Origin: Pseudodesulfovibrio mercurii
GTDB lineage: Bacteria > Desulfobacterota > Desulfovibrionia > Desulfovibrionales > Desulfovibrionaceae
Assembly (NCBI RefSeq): GCF_000189295.2
Contig: NC_016803.1
Span: 1,080,001 to 1,112,000 of the forward strand
Reading direction: 5' to 3'
DNA length: 32,000 nucleotides
In this document: positions 1 through 9,139 of the stretch, in pieces
Layout: each line of letters opens with the position of its first letter
Numbering within the stretch: position 1 is the first letter of the stretch
Made by a program: the position numbers and the translations under genes
The notes under the pieces: model-generated
The model's input: only the letters and a program-made list of their open reading frames with translations
The model's database searches: none
What the model was told of the DNA's origin: nothing

Positions 1-1
1 G

Positions 2-466
2 CAGTTGATCAAGGCCTTCAAGGAGGCCGAGGCCTACAACGGACCGTCCCTGATCATCTGCTACGCCCCGTGCATCAACCAGGGCATCAAGAAGGGCATG
101 GGCAAGACCCAGCTCGAACAGAAGCTGGCCGTGGACTCCGGCTACTGGCCCCTGTACCGCTACAACCCCGAACTCACCGCCCAGGGCAAGAATCCGTTCA
201 TCCTGGAGTCCAAGGCTCCCGACGGAACCCTCCAGGAATTCCTGTCCGGCGAAAACCGCTACGCCATGCTCGAACGGTTCCACCCGGAACTGTCCAAGGC
301 GTTCCGCGAGAAACTGGAGAAGGACTACGCCGACCGTTACGCCATCCTCTCTCATCTGGCCGAAGCCGACTACGGCAAGACCGAGATGGAGGAGCCTGCC
401 GCGTGCGAAACCGGTGTGTCGGCCGAAGCCCCGGGTTCCGGCGAACCCTGTGACGACGGCAGATAA
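2..466 (+). CDS. por: Pyruvate:ferredoxin oxidoreductase (PFOR/NifJ type), C-terminal 154 codons only; gene begins upstream of the window
   Basis: The frame is open from the window edge to TAA at 464-466. The motifs SLIICYAPCINQGI and GYWPLYRYNP match the end of the PFOR TPP-binding domain. An acidic tail carries two Cys. GC3 is high. Confidence 0.85.
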   Translation, partial: QLIKAFKEAEAYNGPSLIICYAPCINQGIKKGMGKTQLEQKLAVDSGYWPLYRYNPELTAQGKNPFILESKAPDGTLQEFLSGENRYAMLERFHPELSKAFREKLEKDYADRYAILSHLAEADYGKTEMEEPAACETGVSAEAPGSGEPCDDGR

Positions 467-477
467 TAGTTAGAGGC

Positions 478-529
478 ATGTGCGGGGCGGGGTTGTTGCG
501 GAGGCTTCTGCCTGACCCGCCCCGCACAT
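478..529 (+). other. GC-rich stem-loop between por and lctP (14-bp perfect stem, 24-nt loop, no U-tract)
   Basis: atgtgcggggcggg (478-491) is the exact reverse complement of cccgccccgcacat (516-529). It is followed by cagttgc, not a T-run. Confidence 0.5.
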
Positions 530-577
530 CAGTTGCAACCGTGAGGGTCGCTCCTCACACCCATGGAGGTTTGTTGA

Positions 578-2287
578 ATGTCTATCGAAGTGCTCGCGTT
601 AATCGCGCTGCTGCCCATTCTGGTGGCGCTTGTTCTGATGGTCGGTCTGCGCTGGCCCGCCACCAAAGCCATGCCCCTGGCCTGGCTGACCGCGGCGGTC
701 GGCGGCATCCTGGCCTGGAAACTGCCCGTCGCCTACGTCGCCGCCCTGACCCTGCAGGGCTTCGTGACGGCCATCGGTATTTTGATCATCGTTTTCGGTG
801 CGATCCTGATCCTGCGCACCCTGCAGCATTCCGGCGGCATGGAGACCATCCAGCACGGCATGCAGAACATCACCCCCGACCGGCGCATCCAGGCCATCAT
901 CATCGGCTACATGTTCGCCGCCTTCATCGAAGGCGCGGCCGGTTTCGGCACTCCCGCCGCCCTGGCCGCCCCGCTGCTGCTCTCCCTGGGCTTCCCGCCC
1001 CTGGCCGCAGCCATCATCTGCCTGGTCTTCAACTCCTTCCCCGTGACCTTCGGCGCGGTCGGCACCCCGGTCGTCCTGGGCCTCAAGTTCCTGGCCCCCA
1101 GCGTCGACGCCGCGGTCAAGGCGGGCGTCCCCGGCCTGAACTTCGCCAACATGGGCGACTTCAACCTGGTCGTCGGCCAGTGGGCCACTCTCATGCACCT
1201 GGGCATGATCTTCATCCTGCCCATCTTCATGCTCGGCTTCATCACCCGCTTCTTCGGCCCCGAGCGCAGCTGGAAGCCCGGCTTCGCCGCCTGGAAGTTC
1301 TGCATCTTCGCCGCCGTGGCCTTCACCATTCCCTACCTGATCTTCGCCTGGAACGTCGGTCCCGAGTTCCCGTCCCTGATCGGTGGTCTGGTCGGCCTGG
1401 GCATCATCATCGTCGGCGCCAAGAAGGGCTTCTGCATGCCCAAGACCAGCTGGGACTTCGGTAGTCCGGCCAAGTGGGATCCCGAGTGGACCGGTTCCGT
1501 GTCCTCCGACGGCACCGAGTTCAAGGCGCACATGAGCCAGTTCAAGGCCTGGTTGCCCTACATCCTCATCGGCCTCATCCTGGTCGTGACCCGCATCCCC
1601 GAGCTCGGCCTCAAGGGCCTGCTCGCCGGTCAGGCCATCAAGTTCAGCAACATCCTCGGCTTCAAGTCCGTCAATGCCTCCATCGCGTACCTGTATCTGC
1701 CCGGCACCATTCCGTTCACCCTGGTCGCCCTGCTGACCGTGTGGATTCACGGCATGCCCGGCGAGAAGGTCAAGCTGGCCTGGACCCAGGCCTTCAAGAC
1801 CATGAAGAATCCGACCATCGCCCTGTTCGCATCGGTGGCCCTGGTCTCCATCTTCCGCGGCTCCGGCATCGTCGACGCTGCTCTGAACCCGAACAACTAC
1901 CCGTCCATGCCTCTGGCCATGGCCAAGGCCGTCGCCGCCATCACCGGCAACGCCTGGCCCATGTTCGCCTCGTTCGTGGGCGGTCTGGGCGCGTTCATCA
2001 CCGGTTCCAACACCGTGTCCGACCTGCTCTTCGCCGAGTTCCAGTGGGGCGTGGCCGCGCAGCTCGAACTGCCCCGCCAGGTCATCGTGGCCGCCCAGGC
2101 CGTCGGTGGCGCCATGGGCAACATGATCTGCATCCACAACATCGTCGCCGCCTGCGCCGTGGTCGGCCTGTCCGGCATGGAAGGTGCAATCCTGAGACGG
2201 ACCGTATGGCCCTTCCTGCTGTACGGCGTCGTGGTCGGCATCGTGGCCTCGCTGATGAGCTTCGTGTTCCTGCCCGGCCTGTTCTAA
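578..2287 (+). CDS. lctP: L-lactate permease (LctP family), 569 aa
   Basis: The ATG at 578 is preceded by GGAGG at 566-570. The protein is polytopic and hydrophobic, with length and sequence typical of LctP/GlcA-type lactate permeases. It sits between por and the lactate dehydrogenase genes. Confidence 0.9.
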   Translation: MSIEVLALIALLPILVALVLMVGLRWPATKAMPLAWLTAAVGGILAWKLPVAYVAALTLQGFVTAIGILIIVFGAILILRTLQHSGGMETIQHGMQNITPDRRIQAIIIGYMFAAFIEGAAGFGTPAALAAPLLLSLGFPPLAAAIICLVFNSFPVTFGAVGTPVVLGLKFLAPSVDAAVKAGVPGLNFANMGDFNLVVGQWATLMHLGMIFILPIFMLGFITRFFGPERSWKPGFAAWKFCIFAAVAFTIPYLIFAWNVGPEFPSLIGGLVGLGIIIVGAKKGFCMPKTSWDFGSPAKWDPEWTGSVSSDGTEFKAHMSQFKAWLPYILIGLILVVTRIPELGLKGLLAGQAIKFSNILGFKSVNASIAYLYLPGTIPFTLVALLTVWIHGMPGEKVKLAWTQAFKTMKNPTIALFASVALVSIFRGSGIVDAALNPNNYPSMPLAMAKAVAAITGNAWPMFASFVGGLGAFITGSNTVSDLLFAEFQWGVAAQLELPRQVIVAAQAVGGAMGNMICIHNIVAACAVVGLSGMEGAILRRTVWPFLLYGVVVGIVASLMSFVFLPGLF

Positions 2288-2302
2288 ACAAGGAGATCGA
2301 AA

Positions 2303-2329
2303 GGGAGGCGGGCGAACCGCCCGCCTCCC
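2303..2329 (+). other. Stem-loop just downstream of lctP (12-bp GC stem, 3-nt loop, weak T tail)
   Basis: gggaggcgggcg (2303-2314) pairs with cgcccgcctccc (2318-2329). No clear U-tract follows, so it may be a stabiliser or partial terminator. Confidence 0.45.
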
Positions 2330-2426
2330 CTTACCCGAACCGCCCAAGCGTGGAAGAACCTCAACCCCCAATACAACAAGCCCCGGCCCATATTTCCGGG
2401 GATCATCATTTTCTTAGGAGTCGATC

Positions 2427-3812
2427 ATGACCAAAGAAGCGATTATCAAAGAATTCGAAGCCATAGTCGGTGCCGAAAACGTTATGACCGGCGAGACCGA
2501 TCGTCACGCCTATTCCTATGACGCCGCCGTTCTCGACTCTGTCATGCCCGCCCTGGTGGTCCGTCCCCGGACCAGCGAGGCCCTGGGCGCCCTGACCAAA
2601 CTGTGCAACGACAACGGCCTGCCCATGACCGTGCGCGGCTCGGGCACCAACCTGTCCGGCGGCACCATTCCCCATCCCGGCGGCGTGGTCGTGCTGACCA
2701 ACGGCCTGAACCGCATCATCGAGATCAACGAGGCCGACATGTACGCCATCGTCGAGCCCGGCGTGGTCACCGCCCAGTTCGCGGCCGAAGTGGCCAAGCG
2801 CGGCCTGTTCTACCCGCCCGATCCGGGCTCCATGGCCGTGTCCACCCTGGGCGGCAACGTGGCCGAGAACGCCGGCGGCCTGCGCGGCCTGAAGTACGGC
2901 GTGACCAAGGACTACGTCATGGGCATGGAGTTCTGGGACGTCAACGGCGAACTGGTCAAGACCGGCTCCCGCACCGTCAAGTGCGTCACCGGCTACAACC
3001 TGGCCGGACTGATGGTCGCCTCCGAGGGCACGCTGGGCGTGTTCGACAAGATCATCCTCAAGCTCATTCCCCCGGCGCAGGCCGCCAAGTCCATGATGGC
3101 CGTGTTCCCGTCCATGAAGGCCGCCTCCGAGACCGTGGCCGCCATCATCGCCAACAAGATCGTCCCGGCCACCCTCGAGATGATGGACAACTTCACCATC
3201 CGCACGGTGGAGAACTTCCGCGGCGCGGGCCTGCCCGTGGACGCGGCCGCCCTGCTGCTCATCGAGGTGGACGGTCACCCCGCCCAGGTCGCGGACGAGG
3301 CCGCCATGGTCGAAAAGATCTGCAAGGAGAACGGGGCCACCGAGATGAAGGTCGCCAAGGACGCCGCCGAGCGCGACGCCGTCTGGCAGGCCCGCCGCGA
3401 CGCCCTGCCCGCCCTGGCCAAGCTCAAGCCCACCTGCGTGCTCGAGGACGCCACCGTGCCGCGCTCCAAGATTCCGGCCATGATCGAGGCCCTGGAACAG
3501 ATCGCCAAGGAACTGAACCTGACCATCGGCACCTTCGGCCACGCCGGCGACGGCAACCTGCACCCCACCATCCTGACCGACAAGCGCGACAAGGAAGAGT
3601 GGAAGCGCGTGGAAAAGGGCATCGACATGATCTTCGACAAGGCCCTGGCCATGGGCGGCACCCTTTCCGGCGAACACGGCATCGGCCTGGCCAAGTCCAA
3701 GTACCTGGCCCAGGAGACCTCCAAGGCCACCCTGGCCTACGCCCGCCGCATGAAGTCCGTTCTTGATCCCAAAGGCATCCTCAACCCCGATAAGATCGTC
3801 GGCGCCGAGTAG
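2427..3812 (+). CDS. FAD-binding oxidoreductase, GlcD/D-lactate dehydrogenase family (FAD subunit of a D-lactate dehydrogenase), 461 aa
   Basis: The RBS is taggag at 2415-2420. The FAD PCMH-type motif RGSGTNLSGG is present, and the C-terminal GTLSGEHGIGLAKSKYL is typical of GlcD-like oxidases. Confidence 0.9.
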   Translation: MTKEAIIKEFEAIVGAENVMTGETDRHAYSYDAAVLDSVMPALVVRPRTSEALGALTKLCNDNGLPMTVRGSGTNLSGGTIPHPGGVVVLTNGLNRIIEINEADMYAIVEPGVVTAQFAAEVAKRGLFYPPDPGSMAVSTLGGNVAENAGGLRGLKYGVTKDYVMGMEFWDVNGELVKTGSRTVKCVTGYNLAGLMVASEGTLGVFDKIILKLIPPAQAAKSMMAVFPSMKAASETVAAIIANKIVPATLEMMDNFTIRTVENFRGAGLPVDAAALLLIEVDGHPAQVADEAAMVEKICKENGATEMKVAKDAAERDAVWQARRDALPALAKLKPTCVLEDATVPRSKIPAMIEALEQIAKELNLTIGTFGHAGDGNLHPTILTDKRDKEEWKRVEKGIDMIFDKALAMGGTLSGEHGIGLAKSKYLAQETSKATLAYARRMKSVLDPKGILNPDKIVGAE

Positions 3813-3820
3813 GTGACACC

Positions 3821-5101
3821 ATGGCAGATATCCATAAACTCGCACAAATGTTCAAGGAACTGGACGACCAATTGGTCGGGTGCATGCGCTGCGGCATGTG
3901 CCAGGCGGTCTGTCCGATCTTCAAGATAAGCGGCAAGGAAGCCGACGTCACCCGCGGCAAGCTGGCCCTGCTCGACGGTCTGGCCTCCGAGATGCTCTCC
4001 GACCCGGAGGGCGTCAACGAGAAGCTCAACCGCTGCCTGCTCTGCGGCACCTGCCAGGCCAACTGCCCGTCCGGCGTGTCCGTCATGGACATCTTCCTCA
4101 AGGCCCGCGCGATCATGACCGGCTACTTCGGCCTGTCCCCGGCCAAGAAGGCCATCTTCCGCGGCCTGCTGAAGAACCCCAAGCTGTTCAACGCCCTGAC
4201 CGAGATGGGCGCCAAGTTCCAGGGGGTCTTCACCAAGAAGGTGGACGACATGCTCGGATCGAGCTGCGCCCGGTTCAACGCGCCGATCATCGGCGACCGT
4301 CACTTCAGCTCCCTGGCCTCCAAGCCGTTCCACAAGATCGTCCCGGAGATGGACACCCCGGCCGGTTCGTCCGGGCTGCGCGTGGCCTTCTACGTGGGCT
4401 GCGTCATCGACAAGATCTACCCCCACGTGGGCGAGGCCATCCTCAAGGTCCTCAAGCACCACGGGGTGGGCGTGTTCATGCCGGCGGGCCAGGCCTGCTG
4501 CGGCATCCCTGTCCTGTCCAGCGGCGACAGCGACACCTTCGACACCCTGGTGGGCATGAACGTGGACCGGTTCAAGGGCGGGGAGTTCGACTACCTGGTC
4601 ACCGGCTGCGCCTCCTGCACCTCGACCATCAAGGAACTGTGGCCCCACATGTACCATGGCGATTCCGCCAGGACCTACGACATCGGCGTGCTCCAACGGA
4701 AAACGATGGACATCAGCCAGTTCCTTGTGGATATTCTGAAGGTCGAGCCCAAGGCCCTTGCAGGCGGCAAGAGTGTGACCTACCATGACCCCTGTCACCT
4801 GAAGAACTCGCTGGGCATCACCGCCCAGCCCCGGACCCTGCTCAAGGCGGCCGGGTGCGAGTTCAAGGAGATGACCGACGCGGGAACCTGTTGCGGCTGC
4901 GGCGGCAGCTTCAACATCGCCCACTACGAGCTGTCCAAGGAAATCGGCAGCCGCAAGGCGGACAACATCATCGCGACCAAAACCCAGGTGGCTGCGACCA
5001 GCTGCCCGGCCTGCATGCTCCAGATCACGGACATGCTCTCTCAGAAAGGAGCCGACATGAGCGTCAAGCATGTCATTGAGCTCTATGCCGACTCCCTATA
5101 A
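3821..5101 (+). CDS. (Fe-S)-binding protein, GlcF/HdrD-like, with two 4Fe-4S motifs and two CCG domains (partner of the GlcD-like subunit), 426 aa
   Basis: The ferredoxin motifs are CMRCGMCQAVCP and CLLCGTCQANCP. The two CCG-type cysteine motifs are ACCGIPV and CCGCGGSF. The start lies 8 nt after the stop of the previous gene. Confidence 0.88.
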   Translation: MADIHKLAQMFKELDDQLVGCMRCGMCQAVCPIFKISGKEADVTRGKLALLDGLASEMLSDPEGVNEKLNRCLLCGTCQANCPSGVSVMDIFLKARAIMTGYFGLSPAKKAIFRGLLKNPKLFNALTEMGAKFQGVFTKKVDDMLGSSCARFNAPIIGDRHFSSLASKPFHKIVPEMDTPAGSSGLRVAFYVGCVIDKIYPHVGEAILKVLKHHGVGVFMPAGQACCGIPVLSSGDSDTFDTLVGMNVDRFKGGEFDYLVTGCASCTSTIKELWPHMYHGDSARTYDIGVLQRKTMDISQFLVDILKVEPKALAGGKSVTYHDPCHLKNSLGITAQPRTLLKAAGCEFKEMTDAGTCCGCGGSFNIAHYELSKEIGSRKADNIIATKTQVAATSCPACMLQITDMLSQKGADMSVKHVIELYADSL

Positions 5102-5135
5102 CGGATAACCAACGGCAAAACACAAGGAAAAGACC

Positions 5136-7250
5136 ATGTCCAAGAACCTGTACGTGAGCGCCACCGAGGAGCGCAGCGGCAAATCCGCCGTGGTCCTCGG
5201 AGTCATGCAGATGCTCACGAGGGAACTCCACAACGTCGCCATCTTCCGGCCCATCATCAATGATCCGGGAGCGGGGAAAATGGACCACGACATCGCTCTG
5301 CTGATCGATCACTTCAAGCTGTCCATTCCCTATGAAGACACCTACGCCTACACCCTGAAGCAGACCCGCGAGTTGATCAACTCCGGCCAGCACGCCCTTG
5401 TGCTTGAGAACATTCTCAACAAGTACAAGACACTGGAAGAGCAGTACGACTTCGTGCTCTGCGAAGGAACCGACTTCAAGGGCAAGGACCCCGCCTTTGA
5501 ATTCGATCTCAACGCGGACATCGCCGCCAACATCGGTGCCCCCATGCTGGTGGTTACGTCCGGTCGCGAGAAGGCCCCGGAGGAAGTGGTCAACATCACC
5601 CAGACCACCTTGGACACATTGGCGGAAAAGGGCGTGGACTCCCTGGCCTGCGTGGTCAACCGCGCGCCCGAGGGCATGACCGAAGAAATGGTCGGCCACA
5701 TCGAGCGCAAGGGCGGCCAGGAGCCCATGCCCGTTTACGTCATCCCCGAAGAAGAAGCGCTGGGCAAACCCAGCATCAACGATGTCCGCCGCTGGCTCGG
5801 CGCCGACGTGCTCTACGGGCACTCCGGTCTCCAGGCCCTGGTGGACAACTACGTGGTCGCGGCCATGCAGATCGGCCACTTCCTCGAATACATCCGGCCC
5901 GGCAGCCTGATCATCACCCCGGGCGACCGCTCGGACATCATCCTGTCCAGCCTGGCCTCCCGCCTGTCCAGCTCCTACCCGGACATCGCGGGCATCGTCC
6001 TGACGGGCGGCCTGGACGTGTCGGTCAACGTGCACAAGCTCATCGAGGGCTGGACCGGCGTGCCGGTTCCGGTGCTGAGCTGCAAGGGCCACACCTACCA
6101 GACCGTGCAGGAACTCAACTCCCTGTACGGCCGCATCGAGGCGGACGACTACCAGCGCATCGCCACCGCGCTCGGCGGCTTCGCCCAGCACGTCAACGTC
6201 AACGAACTGCGTGACCGCGTGGTCGAAAAGCGTTCCACCAAGGTCACGCCCAAGATGTTCGAGTACTCGCTCATGGACAAGGCGTCCCGCTCGCCGCAGC
6301 GCATCGTCCTGCCCGAGGGCACCGAGGAGCGCATCCTGCGCGCCTCGGACATCATCCTGCGGCGCGGCGCGGCCCAGGTCATCCTGCTCGGCGACGAGAA
6401 GACCATCCGCGACAACGCCTCCAAGTACGGCGTGGACATCTCCGCCGCGCAGCTCATCGACCCGGCCAACTCCGACCTGCTCGACCCGTTCGCCGAGGAA
6501 TACCTGGAGCTGCGCAAGCACAAGGGGCTGATCGCCGAACAGGCCTGGGACCGTATGTCCGATCCCACCTACTTCGGCACCATGATGGTCCACAAGGGCT
6601 TTGCCGACGGCATGGTCTCCGGGTCCATCAACACCACGGCCCACACCATCCGGCCCGCCTTCGAGTTCGTCAAGACCAAGCCGGGCATCTCCATCGTGTC
6701 GAGCGTCTTCCTCATGTGCCTCAAGGACCGCGTGCTGGTCTACGGCGACTGCGCCGTGAACCCCAACCCCAACGCGGGCCAGCTGGCCGAAATCGCCCTG
6801 GGCTCCGCCGAGACCGCCAGGATCTTCGGCGTGGAACCCCGCGTGGCCATGCTCTCCTACTCCACCGGCTCGTCCGGCAAGGGCGAGGACGTGGACAAGG
6901 TCATCGAGGCCACCAAGATCGCCCGTGAGCGCATGGTCGAGCGCGGCCTGAACTTCCCCATCGAGGGACCTATCCAGTACGACGCCGCCATCGATCCGGA
7001 CGTGGCCCGCGTGAAGATGCCCGACTCCGACGTGGCCGGAAAGGCCACCGTGTTCATCTTCCCGGACCTGAACACCGGCAACAACACGTACAAGGCGGTG
7101 CAGCGTGCCGCCAACGCCGTGGCCATCGGCCCGGTGCTCCAGGGTCTGAACAAGCCGGTCAACGACCTCTCCCGTGGTTGCACCGTTCCCGATATCGTCA
7201 ACACAGTCGCCATCACGGCCATCCAGGCCCAGGCGGAAAAAGGTGAATAG
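5136..7250 (+). CDS. pta: Phosphate acetyltransferase, long form with N-terminal P-loop-like/DRTGG region, 704 aa
   Basis: The C-terminal PTA_PTB motifs are SGSINTTAHTIRPA, DCAVNPNPNAGQLAEIA and FIFPDLNTGNNTYKAVQR. The RBS is aaggaaaag. Confidence 0.93.
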   Translation: MSKNLYVSATEERSGKSAVVLGVMQMLTRELHNVAIFRPIINDPGAGKMDHDIALLIDHFKLSIPYEDTYAYTLKQTRELINSGQHALVLENILNKYKTLEEQYDFVLCEGTDFKGKDPAFEFDLNADIAANIGAPMLVVTSGREKAPEEVVNITQTTLDTLAEKGVDSLACVVNRAPEGMTEEMVGHIERKGGQEPMPVYVIPEEEALGKPSINDVRRWLGADVLYGHSGLQALVDNYVVAAMQIGHFLEYIRPGSLIITPGDRSDIILSSLASRLSSSYPDIAGIVLTGGLDVSVNVHKLIEGWTGVPVPVLSCKGHTYQTVQELNSLYGRIEADDYQRIATALGGFAQHVNVNELRDRVVEKRSTKVTPKMFEYSLMDKASRSPQRIVLPEGTEERILRASDIILRRGAAQVILLGDEKTIRDNASKYGVDISAAQLIDPANSDLLDPFAEEYLELRKHKGLIAEQAWDRMSDPTYFGTMMVHKGFADGMVSGSINTTAHTIRPAFEFVKTKPGISIVSSVFLMCLKDRVLVYGDCAVNPNPNAGQLAEIALGSAETARIFGVEPRVAMLSYSTGSSGKGEDVDKVIEATKIARERMVERGLNFPIEGPIQYDAAIDPDVARVKMPDSDVAGKATVFIFPDLNTGNNTYKAVQRAANAVAIGPVLQGLNKPVNDLSRGCTVPDIVNTVAITAIQAQAEKGE

Positions 7251-8450
7251 ATGAAAATTCTCGTGATCAATTCAGGCAGTTCCTCCATCAAGTACCAACT
7301 GCTCGACATGGCCGACGAGTCCATCCTGGGCACCGGCCTTGTCGAGCGCATCGGAGAGGCCCAGGGGACCCTGACCCACAAGGCCCATCCCGGCACGGAC
7401 GCCGAGGCCGTGGTCAAGCTGGAGCAGCCCATTCCCGATCACGGGGTGGGTCTGCAGCTGGCCATCGACCTGTTGAGCACGGGCGACAACGCGGTCTGCA
7501 ACCGCGAGGAGATCGGCGCCGTGGGCCACCGCGTGGTGGCCGGCGGCCCGTTCAACGCCCCGGTGATCATCGAGGAGAGCATGTGGCCCGACCTGACCGA
7601 GACCGAACGGCTCGCGCCCCTGCACAACCCCGCCAACCTGGGCGGGGCCAAGGAGGCCGCCAAGCTCTTTCCCGGCGTGCCCCAGGTCCTGGTCTTTGAC
7701 ACCGCCTTCCACCAGACCATGCCGCCCCACGCGTACATGTATGCCATTCCCTACGAATACTACGAGAAGGACCGCATTCGCCGCTACGGCGCCCACGGCA
7801 CCTCCCACAAGTACGTGGCAGGCGAGTGCGCCCGGCTCATGGGCAAGGCCGTGGAGGACATCAACCTGATCACCATCCACATGGGCAACGGCGCATCCAT
7901 GGCCGCGGTCAAGAACGGCCGGTGCGTGGACACCTCCATGGGGTTGACCCCGCTGGAGGGGTTGGTCATGGGCACGCGCTGCGGCGACCTGGACCCGGCC
8001 GTGCACAACTACCTGGCCGTGAACCGGGGGCTGGACGTGGCCACCATCGACAACATCCTGCACAAGGAGTCCGGTCTCAAGGGACTGTGCGGCTACGGCG
8101 ACATGCGCGACGTGCACGCGGCCGTGGACCGGGGCGATGAGCGCGCCAAGCTGGCCCTGGAGGTGCAGACCTACCGGACCCGCAAATACATCGGCGCCTA
8201 CACGGCCGCGCTCGGCCATGTGGACGGCGTGGTCTTCACCGCCGGCATCGGCGAGAACGACGACATCGTCCGCGCCAAAACCATCGAGGGGCTGGAATCC
8301 TTCGGCATGAAGATCGACGTCGAAGCGAACGCGATCCGCTCCAAGGAAGCCCGCAAGATCAGCACCGCCGACAGCACGGTGGCGATCTGGGTCATTCCGA
8401 CCAACGAGGAACTGGCCATCGCCCGCGAGGCCCTGGCGCTCGTCAAGTAA
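7251..8450 (+). CDS. ackA: Acetate kinase, 399 aa
   Basis: Diagnostic motifs are MKILVINSGSSSIKYQL, VFDTAFHQTMP, RRYGAHGTSH, FTAGIGEN and IPTNEELAIA. The ATG directly abuts the pta stop (TAG 7248-7250). Confidence 0.95.
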   Translation: MKILVINSGSSSIKYQLLDMADESILGTGLVERIGEAQGTLTHKAHPGTDAEAVVKLEQPIPDHGVGLQLAIDLLSTGDNAVCNREEIGAVGHRVVAGGPFNAPVIIEESMWPDLTETERLAPLHNPANLGGAKEAAKLFPGVPQVLVFDTAFHQTMPPHAYMYAIPYEYYEKDRIRRYGAHGTSHKYVAGECARLMGKAVEDINLITIHMGNGASMAAVKNGRCVDTSMGLTPLEGLVMGTRCGDLDPAVHNYLAVNRGLDVATIDNILHKESGLKGLCGYGDMRDVHAAVDRGDERAKLALEVQTYRTRKYIGAYTAALGHVDGVVFTAGIGENDDIVRAKTIEGLESFGMKIDVEANAIRSKEARKISTADSTVAIWVIPTNEELAIAREALALVK

Positions 8451-8510
8451 CACGCCCCGTTGCGGGGGGCCCGCGGGCCCTGGGGACAAACATACATGGA
8501 GGTAGGTAGC

Positions 8511-9137
8511 ATGCCTTCCAAGGAAGACCTGTACCAGACATTCGTGCAAAAGGCGGAGCTCGTCTCCGCCAAAGTCACCGGCATCGCCAACGAGGACGAG
8601 GCCATCAAATACGTCATCAACCTGTGTGGCGAGAAGGAGGCCTGCCAGCTGCTGATCAGCGGCTGCGAAGCCGACCTGTCCGACAAGGCCGAGGCCCTGT
8701 GCGAGACCAAGCAGAAAAAGGTCATCGCCGCGCCGGGCCTCAAGGCCGAACTGTACGAAAAGCTTGCCGCCCAGGCCGAGAAGGCCGGGTTCGAGTGCAT
8801 CGACAAGGGCATGCGCGACCACCTGGCGGGCGTGGACATCGGCTTCACCTTCGCCGAGTACGGCATCGCCGACACCGGCACCCTGATGCTCGACTGTCCC
8901 GGCGAGGAGCTGCGCCTGGCCACCATGGTCAGCGAGTTCCACGTCTGCGTGCTGCCCAAGTCCAAGATCAAGGCCAACACCTACGCCGTGGAAAAGCTGA
9001 TGCTGACGCGCATGAAGAAGACGCCGGACTACCTGGCCTTCATCACCGGCGCCAGCCGGACCGCCGACATCGAGCGCGTCCTGGCCCTGGGCGTCCACGG
9101 TCCCCTTGAACTGCACATCCTGATCCTGGAGGACTAG
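8511..9137 (+). CDS. lutC: LutC-family lactate utilization protein (LUD domain), 208 aa
   Basis: The LUD-domain end ITGASRTADIERVLALGVHGPLELHILIL is present. I prefer the ATG at 8511 (GGAGGT at 8498-8503) over the TTG at 8460 given in the ORF track. Confidence 0.8.
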   Translation: MPSKEDLYQTFVQKAELVSAKVTGIANEDEAIKYVINLCGEKEACQLLISGCEADLSDKAEALCETKQKKVIAAPGLKAELYEKLAAQAEKAGFECIDKGMRDHLAGVDIGFTFAEYGIADTGTLMLDCPGEELRLATMVSEFHVCVLPKSKIKANTYAVEKLMLTRMKKTPDYLAFITGASRTADIERVLALGVHGPLELHILILED

Positions 9138-9139
9138 CC

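Noticed and set aside
599-2371. A 590-aa ORF antisense to lctP. Similar long antisense or out-of-frame ORFs include 478..1464 +, 1474..2430 +, 2406..3845 -, 3737..5071 -, 5073..6644 -, 7272..9152 -, 9134..11386 - and 11713..13002 -.
   Set aside because: Their translations are Gly/Arg/Ala/Asp/His-rich low-complexity strings with no recognisable motifs. They overlap genes with unmistakable family signatures on the other strand or frame. Long spurious ORFs are expected in DNA this GC-rich because stop codons are rare.
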